Assembly: GCA_050273025.1 (NCBI GenBank)
Contig: CP158635.1
Span: 28,024,001 to 28,088,000 of the forward strand
Length of the DNA: 64,000 bases
Source: Cenococcum geophilum
Lineage: Eukaryota
Direction: 5' to 3'
This document shows, one piece after another, positions 47,645 through 60,300 of this stretch. The stretch's first letter is position 1; each line of letters starts with the position of its first letter. The position numbers were made by a program, and so were the translations under genes. Below the pieces are notes generated by a model. The model worked only from the letters and a program-made list of their open reading frames with translations, was not told the origin of the DNA and searched no databases.

Positions 47645-48996
47645 AAGACAACACCCTTCTCCATGAGGCTGGGGAGCACATCGGGTGGTGAGACACCGTC
47701 TGGGAGGTAGATAGCAGTCATAGTGTTTGCTTGATTCTCTCTCTTAGTAGCGAGCTGCTTGAGGCCAAGGTCGGAAACAGCTTTCTTGATCTTGTCGGAT
47801 GCTGCTTTGTGGTCCGCGAATCGCTGCTCCAGAGGCTGAGAGAGTATCTGGTTGAGCGAGGTGTGTAGGGCGTGGATGAGCTGTGGTGAAGGAGTAGCAA
47901 AGTAGGACGCCTTCTTTGCCTCGTAATTTTGCATAATGGGTAGCCAGTTCTTCCAGGATCCGAAGTAGGATGTGAGTCTCGTCTTCCTGTTCTTGAAGAC
48001 GTCGATTGCGCGGCCAGAAACCATGAGGATAGACAGACCGGCGGGAACACAGATTGCTTTCTGAGAAGCTGTGAGGACGACATCAAGGCCCCACTTGTCG
48101 AACTTGATCTCCTCGCCGCCAACACTGCACACACCATCTACGATGACAAGAGTATCCGGTGAGACGCGGTGCACGAGCTCTGAGAGTGCCTTTAATTCCG
48201 AGAGAACACCGGTTGATGTGTCGACATGAGTTACGGTAACAAGCTTGTACTTCTTCTCCTTCAACGCCTTCTCCACTTCATCTAACTACGGTCTATCACC
48301 AATGGGTGCCTTCAACTGTGTTGCCTTTGCGCCGTAGGTCTCGAGGCAGTCGGCGAACGAGTCGGCAAAGCACCCGGTGTGTAGCACCAGAGCCTCCTCG
48401 CCAGGCTCGATGAGGTTTGCAGCTACCTGATCCCAGCCGAGCGTACCAGAGCCGGAGAGAACGAAGGGCTGCGCGGAGGAGTCGGTGGTCTGGAAGAGCT
48501 TGCGCAGGTTGGAGAGGACTTCGCCGAACGTGTTTACGAAGGGTTGGCCGACGTGCGATTCACTGTGAGAGAAGGCATGTCAGTATCTGGCAACATGGCC
48601 ATAGCTAGCCCTGGAGGCGCTGTGCTGTTGAACGTACCTGTAGTGGGACATTGACTCGAGGACGGCATCATCAAACTCAACCGGCCCTGGAATCATCAAC
48701 GCTGGGTGCGGTGCTTGCTTCGACATCTTGGCTGGCTGCTCCTTCTTTACTTCTTCCTTCTCGGTCTGTGTGGCTTCCTCTTTGGTCTTCTCTTCGATCT
48801 TCTCTTGGAACTTGGACTTCCGTATTATCTTCCCTTGCTCGTCTTCCCAGTGCGCTGATCGTTCGGTAGAGAAGGGTGTGTTGAGTTCTAGAAAGGGCTT
48901 TTCGAGGAAAGCAGAGGTGGGTGAGGGTGAATTGAGGTGCTTGGAGAAGAGGTTGAGGCGCGAGGTTGCCGACGCTTTAGCTCGCGGTGATGACAT
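47645..48996 (-). pseudogene. AGX1: Alanine-glyoxylate aminotransferase (class V PLP) with premature stop and 3' truncation
   Basis: LMIPGP, SGSGTLGWD, THVDTSTGV, VDGVCSVG, TASQKA, YFATPSPQL; in-frame TAG at 48288-48286; similarity ends after KGVV without the final GGLH...RFGHMG segment. Confidence 0.85.
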
Positions 48997-49948
48997 GGAG
49001 GGGTAGCAAGAGCGGGTGAGGGGTCGGATAGACAAGGAACGTAGAACGCGCGCCAGACTGACCGGCTTTGGAGCCCTCCGCTCCAGAATCTTGTGCAGGG
49101 TGCGGGTGTTGACGGAGAATTGCTCGATGGAATTGCGATTGAGGACTGAGGACTGAGTGACTGGAAGAACTGGCGATGTGGACGCGAACGAGTGGCCAGG
49201 AGGTACCACTGCGCGTTCAAACGCCGGAACAAGCGACTGTCAAGAGCTCTGGACGTGGGTAGATTAGTCAATGAAGACAGCCACGGAGCGAATTGCCTTT
49301 TCGTGAGAAATTTTGAGCGCGTCTTAGTCAACTTTCTCAATTGCCGTCGTCGGCGGTTTCCACCCCCACAGACTTCGGCGGAGTACCATCGAGGGCCGTG
49401 TCTGTGCTTAGTGAATGGGCCACTCCCTCCGTACGTGACCAGTGCTCAATTGGATACCATTTGTCTCAGCATGCTTAGACCACACAGGGAGGCCGGATAA
49501 ATCCGGCCCGATGACATTAAACCAGTTTAGGCCATCTGTCCCTGTATGGTCTGAGACACTTTGGCAGACGTTTGTAACACACGTCGGCATATCCGCATAG
49601 CTGATATACGGATATTCACTTCTTATTCTTACAACGAGTTTGGGCAGCTTAAAAAATTCATCAATTATACATTAAACTCTGGCGAATCAAATGGTCTACT
49701 TAAAAAGTCTCTTTGCCTTCCTGTTCCTGACATTAATTTCAAAATAGCCATGACATAGATTGCCAAAGTGAACAATTAGCAATATCCGCATTAATGACGC
49801 GTCAACCTCAACCACCCATACTCTATATGCTATATTAAAATCTATTTATTATAAGCCCTCTCTGCCTTTAGCAGTATTAATTAATAAAAAGGGTAGTTTA
49901 TTAAAAGCTTAAGAAGACTGGCTTTGTTGAACAAGTAGACTGTCCATA

Positions 49949-50242
49949 GAGCCGTTGCAAAGCCATTCATAAAGCCGTTGCAGAGCCATGCAGAGCCGTT
50001 CATAAAGCCGTTCATAGCGACGTTGCAAAGCCATTTGTAGAGCCATTTGTAGAGCCGTAGCAGGGCCGTTGCAGAGCCGTTCGTGGAGCCGTTCGTAAAG
50101 CCGTTTGTAAAGATGATGCAAAGCCGTTCGTAGAGACGATGTAGAGCCGTTCGTACGGACGATTGTATGGGCGACTATATATGGGCGATAGTAGAGCTGT
50201 GGTAGAGCCGTTGCAGAGCCGTTGCAGAGCCATTGCAGAGCT
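49949..50242. repeat. Degenerate 12-bp minisatellite (consensus ~AGAGCCGTTGCA / AGAGCCGTTCGT)
   Basis: Roughly 20 imperfect units next to an AT-rich tract at 49820-49910. Confidence 0.85.
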
Positions 50243-51051
50243 GTATTAAAGGGGTATCTTCGACGCCTTTTGGATGCACCCATGGCTGGCAGTTAGTTCT
50301 AGAAAATCCATCAATTAGAGAGCTGATTAAGGCGATTCTAACGCAGGTATTTACAGGATAATATACGTGGCGGTTGCTTACATTAATTTCGTCAAAGTTG
50401 ATGGTTTGCCTCATACAAACAGAGCGGCTCAGCTTCCAAAAGCTTGCTAAAGTGGCTCAGACCAAGGAGCAGATGGATCGATCGAATAGGTTAGCTTGCA
50501 GATATTCGATAATCCGCGCAGCGGATATTCATCGGTTTCTTGGTCTGAGCATGCTGAGACAAGGATACCATGGTGTCACAAATCATCTGAGCAGCCAGAT
50601 GAACATCTCCCGTCTTCCCGTCCGCCTTCAGCTGCACCGCCAGCACGACATGTCTTGGTCCAGATATCGTAGCCATGGATTGGGACGTAGGACTCGACTG
50701 GATCAGGCAAATACTCAGCTCGTGGACCACGGGCAGCTGAGGACAGTCACGAACGATTGACCTCATGAACTTTTCAACGTTAGAGTGAACGTCTCTGTCG
50801 AATGCTAGCAGTCCATCGTCATTTTCCGACATAATCGCCAAGTCCAGTATTGCTTGTGTTAATGCCAGGTATCAGTTCTTTATGTTGTTCACCATTCTCG
50901 ATGCGTGGGCGGAAAAGCGCGAGGCGTTTATGCACGCGTCCCTTGTCCTGGCTGCTTCAGCCTGATCCCCTTCCTTTCGTTTCTCGCCTCCCACGACATC
51001 TTTCTGTCTTATCTTGTATGAGCAAGAGCCACACATTCGTTTCCTACCCCC

Positions 51052-54000
51052 ATGTCACATCAGCTGACAGAATCCAATGTGTGCGACCGTTGCGACCAGG
51101 AAAAGACACCCTTGTCGTGGTGCGTGAACTGCAGAACTCGCGTGTGCAACGCGTGCTGGGAACTTGTCCCGGGCCACCGCATCGACAGGCTTGGCCCACA
51201 GGACCTTCCCCACGAGAAGACGGATTACCGCTCGTTCGTACGGTTGCAGAACATATTGTACCCAAACTTGTCCGAAGATGAGCTTCGACATCTACATGAG
51301 GCTGACGGCGAGGCTTTCTGGTTTGGTATGCGATCCCCAACCGTCTACTCGTGCACACTTAACAATGCTAGGCACTAGCAATGACCGATATGGAGAGCCA
51401 TACTTCACGGATGGTGGCATCTATAGCTCACTTATGGCGCAATCGGGCCACAGTGAACGAACACCAAAGTATCCACAGCTGGTTTCGTTCATTGGCCAAA
51501 CTAGTCTGTGATCACCTCGCCCATCAAGAAGGTAGTTGACAATCATAGATGCCGGCAAAAGCGCTTTGATCAAGATGCTTATTGATCAAGAAGAGCGCAT
51601 ATTGTCTTCGAATGAGGAGCCTTCCTTTCCCTCGCCTGTTGTAGGCTCAGCATTATACGAAAATGAACCCACATCTGCCAATGTCCATCTGTATGCGGAC
51701 CCTCGAACATTGCTGGATGCCTCAGGTCATACGCCCCTTCTCTTTGCTGACTGTGAAGGCCTTGACGCGGGAGCAAGAGTTCCTAGAGCAGAGATAGCTC
51801 GCCGACAGCCCGAGCAGATCGAGATTTTGTATGACTGGATTCGCCATGGTAGAAAACGCAAGCTTGCATGGGCCAAAAACGAGCAGATGCGTGGGCGACA
51901 GTTCACAGTCAAACAACTATACCCTCGAATATTATACACGTTCTCTGATGTTGTGGTTTTTGTGCTCAAGAACTCGAAGTATGTTCGTTGCTTGAATATG
52001 CTCCATATACATGAGATGACACTGATGTTGACGTAGGACTTTTGAGAAGACCGCATTGAATAACCTTCTTAACTGGGGAGAGTACTCTCTTGAACAATCA
52101 ATCAACCAGCCGGCATTGCCCCATGCAATCATTGTTCTTAACGGCTCCCGAATAGAGCGCTCGAACTCTAAGCTGGGTACAAGAGAAACAACGAGAAACC
52201 TTTTAGAGTCCGTCAGCACGAGTTTTGACCAGGATCCTGACATTATGCCCCTCATCCGAAGTTGGCGGGAACGCGGTAAAAGGATCCGGGATTGCAGAGA
52301 CTTGATCGGGTGTTACTATGCGTCATTTTCGGTCGTCAAAATTCCCATGGAAGAGCAGGGCCAGTACAACCTTTTAGCAAAGCAGATCAGTACTCTCCGC
52401 CAAGAGATCGATAAATGCTGTAGACTTTCATACGAAGCAAAGCGCGAAGCACGCCTTCTTTCCAAAGCCGACGAGCTTGACGTTTATGTACAGCATGCGT
52501 TCGATCATTTTTCAACATATCTCGACCGGCCATTTGACTTCGTGAAGATTTCGCTTCAACACAAGCCGATTCCAGAGAATTTTGGAGAGCATCTGCTACA
52601 GCTGGCCCAAGAGATCCAGGACCAAGGAAACAAGAGAAATCGACAACGGCTCACTGGCCAATCTATCTTCAAAAAGATGGGCATTGTTGTATCTTCTAGC
52701 GTTCTACTAGAGTGCATGAGGTATCACAAAGGTTGGTTTCGATTCCTTGCCTATTACTAAGGAGCGCCTAGATCAATGTTTCTAACAATGTCGTCCAGGC
52801 CGGGCAAGTCAACATCTTGATGAATATACCGACTATATCGATAACGTCCTCTGGGAGTTCTGTGTAAAATCGTATCCTTGCGAATACGACTCTGACGGGC
52901 GCCGTTGCATTAATACGAGGCAGCGTCACGGGAAGGGTCATCAAGATGCCGCTGGGAGAGTGCGAGTGGGAGATTACAAATCGCGCTTCACTTACGAAAC
53001 CTCCATCCGACCTTGGATCGACAGAGTGCACCGGCAACTCCAGCACCTCGAGGGTCGGATGCAAGGATTGAGAAACGTTCAAGGCAATCAGGGTCGGACT
53101 GATGCTTCCCTTGCCCTGCAGCTTCACAGCGAAGCAATGACGGCACTGTACGACGAAATCGATTCAGAAAAGCTATTTTCGGGGCGTTCGACCTGCTTTT
53201 CGTGCCTGATGGCCATCCCACAACATGCTCTCCCATGTCGGCACCTCCTCTGCAATGCTTGCGTTAGAGGTCATGGCCATCTCAGGCAGAATATTGGCTA
53301 CGACCATGAACATGTTTACGAGTTACAACAATGCCCTCTACATGCCAACGACAGAACGTGGAAACGCCCCTTCATCGTGCGATTCAAGCCAAATCTGGTC
53401 GGCGTACGGGTTCTTTCTTTGGATGGGTATGTATTCTCATCTCTGGTTCCAGGTTTTGTTTCTCCTTTTTTGGCAGAATCCCGTGTTCAATAAAGTCGAC
53501 TACCTCGACCTATCGCATTTTGAATGGTTAGATCTATTAAATGACTTCATGCTGTCAAGTAGAAGGTTTTTTTTAAGTATCTAACTCTGGCTTGGCACTG
53601 GCCGAAGTTAGTAGTGGTCCTCTCTTCTGAAGACTCTCCTTTTGACAATTCATCTTGTTCTTGGAACTCGCTAACAAATTCTAGTGGAGGGATTCGTGGA
53701 ATCGTTGAGCTGGAGACGCTTTTCCAGATTGAAAAAGAGATGAAGAACAACGAGCTGAAGATACCTCTGCGTGCATTTTTCGATCTCGTTGTTGGCACAA
53801 GGTACTGCATTTCCTCATTCATCGACTAAGAATTACTGACGATGCCAGTACTGGTTCGATCATCGCCTTGTGCTTGGCGACCAAGTCATGGGGACTGGAA
53901 AAATGTATAGATACTTTTCGAAGTCTCTGCGATCAGGCTTTCACCCCGCGGAGACTTCAAGGAATTCCCTTGTTGCAATTTGCTACCAATTTCAGACATG

Positions 54001-56244
54001 GTGGAAGTAAATACAAGACTCGACCCTTGCACAAGGCGCTTCGCGAAGTGCTCGGTACGAAAAAGCTCTTCGGTGGTAAGCCTCATGAGACAGCTTATCG
54101 ACCCAAAGTCGCTGTTACAACTACCGAGGGCGAAGGAACAAAGGCCATTGTGATTGGCAATTATAACAGGCCTGAGATTTCGTCTATCCTAAGCCTAGCC
54201 AACACTAGCAAGAGAGAAGTTGACTATGAATTTCTGAGGCCAAGCGATCCCAAGTGTGAATTCAATACTTGGGAAGCTGCCGCGGCCTCGACAGCGGCAC
54301 CACGATTCTTCAAGAAGTTCCGTCACCAAACATCTCAACGCTCCTTTCTTGATGGTGCTTTATACCACAACAATCCTGCACGTGTAGTGCAAGGTGAGCG
54401 GAAGGCTTTGTGGCCTGATGTTGCCGACCACGATCCTGATATCTTCCTTTCCCTTGGAACAGGCCAGAATGAGTCTCGGATTCAGCACCAACTCAGAAAC
54501 GAAGATGAGGCTGAGGATAGGTAAGACGAGAACTGACTCAGCGCGTAAATGAAATATGACCCGCTAAGTATACATACACAGTACGAAAACCGAGAAGGTT
54601 TACGGGTCGTCCGCAGTCAGGGACATGCTCAGAGTCCTCGTAAGCATATATTCCCCCATCTACCATACAAAGCGCAAAGCTGCCAGTGGCTCTAGTGACT
54701 TTGCGCTGCTGAACTTTAGCATATCCTGCAGACGTCTTACTGACTACTCTCTAGGTCAATCGCATAGGCAGCATTGTTGATGCAGAAAGAGCCTGGAACG
54801 ATTTTCTCGCACAAGAACGACAGCAACCGAATCACAACTCCAGTCGGTACATACGCATTAATCCAGACTTCGGCGAAGATCCGCCCAAGATAGATGCAAA
54901 GAAGGAGATAGATCAGCTCCATCGCCAAGCGAAAAGGATACTTGCCACAAGTCGATACAAAGATACCATCAAGGATGTGGTTCTGAGATTGGCGGCCAGT
55001 TCATTCTACTTCGTCAAAAGTTCAAGCAAAATGGTCGAACATGGACAGACACACAGAATTAAGGGTACGTCCCTTTCTCTTTCCTACTTCGCGCACTGAC
55101 AATAACTGATGTTACACAGGCAACATATGCTGCCGGTTTGAGGATGGGTCCCGAAATCTTCGTCGCATGGGCGAGTTCTTAAGGAACCAGCAAAAACCGG
55201 CATCAAAGCCAACTTTCCACATCATCAACAATGAAAACAACACTGTCATTCAGAGGGTACATGATAACTCATACTATATCGACCCGTGCTAAAAGAAGCA
55301 TAGATTGAACTAAGGAGCACTGTAATTGCAAACATGCTCGATCGAGCCGTCTTCGCGCCCGAAGCATGCGAGATTGACGTCCCTGTGCCGTCTGCATGGG
55401 TCGCTATCAATATATCGTTGGTCAATACGAACGACATCCCTGACCATTATCCAATTAGCGGGTTTCCCAGGCTGCTACCAGACATGCCGCCGCGTAGGTC
55501 AATACCACAAACCAAGATGCCTCGAATTAACGCAGTATAGGCGACAGAAGACCTCGCGCCTCGAGAAATGCTACGACAAACGAGCAAAATCAGTCTCTGC
55601 CAGAAGTGCCCGAACTTGAGACGACTCAATCAACGCGCCGTATTCGGACAGAAGGGACAGCAAGCACCTCGACGCCGGCCTACAGGGATCGAGTGCCAGC
55701 TGTCGAGCTCGATGCAGATTCCCGAATGCCGTCGCGAGCTGCACAGAGCACATCTAGCGGCCGCAATGTTGATGAAAGTGGGAACCACAAACAGCGAAGG
55801 GAGTGGCGACCGAAGGATCCAGCCCGAAGACCGGAACCTGATCCAGCTCCAGTTGAATTGCCTGGAGACGCACGCCCCAGGCCGAGACGGCATCACTCTT
55901 CCCTGCCAAGGGAACGTGATCAGCTTATTGAGCTGCCCTCTCACGTCCCCCTGTCGAGCATCCATCCGCTGTCATCAGTATCCAGTACGATATCTGAACG
56001 CACAGAATCTTCCTCGTCGCCCTTTGCGCCGCAGAGTACTCGAGCAGTACCTGCTGCAAGCCCATCGGGCACCTCGTCAAGGACTGTGGTTCGTGAAACA
56101 GGTGGTAGAGTGGAGAGAAGAAGATCGTATATCTCGCTTTCGAGCCCGTTGCAGCGGCTGGAAAGAAGGCATCGGCAGCCCCCGCCGCCTCCTTCGTGGC
56201 ATGGAGAATATTCTGACGATGATGTTGAGTCGAGTGTGTTATGA
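51052..56244 (+). CDS. Large multi-domain patatin-like phospholipase (Zn finger + P-loop NTPase + Cys/His clusters + patatin), ~12 exons
   Basis: CDRC..CVNC..CNACW..H N-terminus; spliced FIGQT|NAGKS P-loop and DCEG; RING-like CFSC..CRHLLCNAC..CPLH; patatin SLDG|GGIRG, GT|STG, FLDGA; YPISGFP. Stop at 56244 if the last intron is spliced, otherwise 55540. Confidence 0.85.
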
Positions 56245-56576
56245 GATGAACGGAGTCTTTGACAAGTTCGACATCGGACATGAATTAGTGGCCCACATCC
56301 TCCGCCTCTCCCAACCTGAACTCTGTTAGTCATAGATAGCCGGGTGTATCTAGGAAAGACTTACGCTACTTGATGAGAGAGGCTCGGGATGTCCTCATGA
56401 AGACGAGGCTTCAGGTCCTGTTCCTTGACCTGGCCAACGTTCTCAAGCTCACACTTCTCTTCATCCTCCGTGTTGTCTGACTGTTCTGCCTTCTCCACGA
56501 ACGAGAAACTGATCAGAATTTCACCTTTATCAGCCAAGGCTTGAACGAGTTCCTCATTCGGGGGCAGTGTGGCCAA

Positions 56577-57096
56577 CAGTCAGCGTTCAGCGAGCGACGG
56601 CGCCTTCTGCTGACTGACTGCGCCCAACCAAGCCGCTCGCTGAACGCTCGCTGGAAATGTACATACGCTGACTGCACAGCTGACAGCGCGCTGATCCTAA
56701 TCAGGTAAATAATATAGATCTAAGAGTCATAGAGTTAAATTCTAGATTTTTGCCAGCACCTCTATATATACAAATATTGACATAGTCTGATCTTAGATTT
56801 ACCCTAATTAACCTTAAATAGTATCCAAATATCGTCAGATTTAATTAGTACGCTGTAGAGCTTCAAAGAAATAGGTAATATTAATAGTAAGGATTTGGTC
56901 TAAGTAGTTAAGCAGGCTTTATTTTAAAGTTAGACTTTATTAATAATGCATAAGTGTAAATACTTATAGTTTGCCGAAATGTAATATCCTATAGGATTAT
57001 CTAATTAATATAGGCTTGTATATAGCCAGCTGCCTAAAAGGGCTATTATTTACTACTATTGGGTGTAAAAAAGGCTTAAGTAATTGGATTAATTAG
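56577..57096. mobile_element. Unclassified RIP-degraded transposon end hosting the Copia insertion
   Basis: Nested inverted repeats CAGTCAGCG/CGCTGACTG and GCGTTCAGCGAGCG/CGCTCGCTGAACGC, then an abrupt switch to AT/TpA-rich DNA at ~56700. Confidence 0.5.
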
Positions 57097-57383
57097 TGTA
57101 GCTAGAAGCGTTGGACATATCGCGAGGACGGCCAACGCGCTAGTGGTAAGCGAACCAATAGTGTGATGGCAGAATATGGCAGAATATGGCAGGACACGGC
57201 CAATACGCTAGTAGTAAGCGAGCCAATGGCGAGGTGGTAGAACATGGCAGAACATAGCAGGACGCGCCCAATATATATGTGTGACGCGCGTCGCAAGTAG
57301 AAAAATAACAATCTACCAACAATACCGCATAGTACATATTATTATAATATATATATTCTGCATATTATTAAAGCATACCAACA
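57097..57383 (+). repeat. 5' LTR of Copia element 1
   Basis: TGTAGCTAGAAGCG...probable end TACCAACA; colinear with 62675-62947. Confidence 0.85.
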
Positions 57384-60300
57384 CTAATTAGTAAGCGCGC
57401 ATAGATTAGGAAATATATATTAGTTTAGAAGACATCTAATACTCCACCTTATAACAGCCTTATTTTAGTTAAAGAGAGTACTAAGGATAATCTGGAAGCT
57501 TAATAGCTTACTATTACCTATAGACCCTTATTACTGCTAAGAATTAAATAATACACTCTAGATTTGGAAGGATATTGCTTCCCACCTTATTAAAAGTTAA
57601 GTTTTTAACAACTTATATTAACTACCCTTTCTCCCTCCTTATAAATACTATAAATACTCTCTCTCTATAAATACCAACACCCTTTATTAATAACCTCTTT
57701 ATAACTAAATAAGATGGCTATACCTATAGACTAAAAGGCAGAGGTAAAGTAATAGAAGAATAAAATTAATATATAAACTGCGACTAACGATAATATTATA
57801 GACTATATTTAGTTTAAGATATAGGAATATAATAACAATAACTCTATTAACAGCGCTTTATGGGACTACTTTTAAAAAGACTTTAAAGAGTTTATTATAG
57901 ATATATTCTCTTAAGCTAGCACTAAAACCCTTAAGAATCTTTTTCTTTTTTTTTATAAAGGAGGAGTGTATATACGTAAGAACAATAAACGTACTAAGCT
58001 TATATAAGTTTTGGCTAATATACTACTTAAAGAAACTTAACATAAATAGAGCTAAGAAGAATTTAATAAAGCCTATAAGGAGTAATCTAATAGCACCTTT
58101 AAGTCTAATATACTTACCAACGTATTTATACGCGGCTTAAAACATAAGACTGTATAAACCCTTATACCTTAATTAATACCCAAAAGCACACCTATAACGA
58201 CTTTACTAATGTCTTAAACAACTCCGCCTTTAAGTCCACTACTCCTACCTCCGTAGGCTATAACACCTACTACCACTATACCCGTTGCCATAGCACCTAC
58301 TTCTACACTAGGGTATAGAAAGGAACTAGTAAATATAGCTAAGTTATATATAGATAACTAGAAATATAGTAGTACTAGCGGAAACTTTAACTTTAAGTTA
58401 ATAATCTTCTACGATATCTGTAATAGAGCAGACGTTCCACCTAATGCCTACCTTAAGGCTCTCCCACTTATGCTACAAGGCCTAGCTCTAGATTACTACT
58501 ATAATGCTAGACTTGCTATACTTACATTTAAGGACGCTTATAAGTTACTTTATAGCTTCTTTAGAGGACCTAGTTCTAAACGTAAAAGCCTTAATAAATA
58601 GAATTTAATATTATTATAGATAGTTATGCAAAAGAATGCGGATAAATTAACCAGTTAATATCTTTAGATACTAGTTACTAAACTCTCTTAACTATAGTAT
58701 AGACTAAATTTAGAACTATAAGGAGTCCCATTTCTCTACAATAAGCTTATTATATCTTATTAGGGGATTCCCGTATATTAAATTGCTATATTAGATCTAC
58801 TAGATAAACTAGGCCCCCTTATTAATAAACTACAATCCTTAATTACGGCTTATAAAAAGCAGAACTTAAAATAAATTTAAGCCTATTACACAGACCGCCG
58901 ATACCTTAGAAGGAGAGATAACTATAACTAAAATTGCAATTGTAATTAACCTTAATTTCCTCCTTAATATAAACTACGTTGCTTTATATATAATAAGGAG
59001 GACTATCGCTTATAGAAGTATAGTAAGGAAAAATAAGAAGAGGCGAAGGCTTAGTTTAGAAGTATTAATAAGGACAAGTTTAATAAGTTTAATAATCGCT
59101 TTACTTAACGCCTTAATTAATACATCGCCGACTATAAGGATAATAATGGTATTAACTTAGAAGAAGAGCTTAAAAAAGTCTTTTATATACTAACTATTAA
59201 TACAAGTACTAAGACAGTTAACCAAAATAATTAGTTGTATATTAATTACTTCTATATATTCTTTAGTTAAGTTAAGCAATAGAAAGCAACCCTTATAGCT
59301 ATTAACTTAGCAAATAAGGCCTTTAGTTATTTAGTTATAACTATAGATAGCGTAACTCCTTTTATATAAACACCTCTTATAACTAATAAAGACCTATTTA
59401 CTTATAATACGACTACGTCCTACTATACTATAGACTGCTTTTTAGGTATTATAATCGATATAGGAGCCTCTAAATACTCTACGGTAGGATATAGTTAGTT
59501 CTTAGCATTTTAAAGACTTAATACTAATATATAACTCAATATAACTATATAAGGTATAGTCAACGTATAATTTAGTATTAGATTAACCTTATTAATTAGA
59601 TTAGCTAAAGTAGCTACCCCTATTAGCACAATTGAGTTTTATATTATTAAGGTTAATACCCTATTTTTACTTTACTTAGTAGATATAGACTACCTATAAG
59701 TATATTTTAATAACTTAAAGAACTTACTAGTTATATCTCGCAGTATAGTACCAGTCGTATATTATTTTGGCTACCCTTTCCTACTTTAAAATATATCCCT
59801 ACGTACTTATTTAACTAAGTTATTTAAGTAAAACCCTTACTACTTAACCGATATAGAACTGAAATAACTATATTACCGTTTTAGCCACCCTTTAGTTAAG
59901 CGCCTTACGCGAGTACTTAAGCGCTTAGGATATAACGTTAATAGTAAGACCTTAAACCATCTTATACGCTACTACTATTATTATTAAAAACACGGAAAAT
60001 TACCCGGTAGATTTAGATTTATAATACATAATAATATTAATTTTAACTATTTAATCGTGGTTAATATTATGTATATTAACGGCGCACCCCTTCTATATAT
60101 CATTAATAAAGGAATACAATTTTAAGCTGGTAGATGGCTATAAAGCATTAGCGCAAAATATATATAGGATATACTACAAATATACTAAATTAACATATAT
60201 TTGGGACCTCCTAATATAATTATATATAATATAGGTAAGAACTTTATAAGTAAGGAATTTAAGTAGTACGCTATAACATTTAGAACGATTATAAAAAGCG

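Noticed and set aside
49949..50242. Regular repeats as a CRISPR array or coding repeat protein
   Set aside because: Contiguous degenerate 12-mers without unique spacers, in a eukaryote; the ORFs are just repeat translations.
50374..50841. Overlapping 116-128 aa ORFs upstream of the patatin gene
   Set aside because: No motif recognised; gene status cannot be established from sequence alone.
17666..56244. Starship giant transposon, suggested by NLR and patatin genes
   Set aside because: No tyrosine-recombinase captain is visible, and the genes are interleaved with core genes (RAD2, UGA2).
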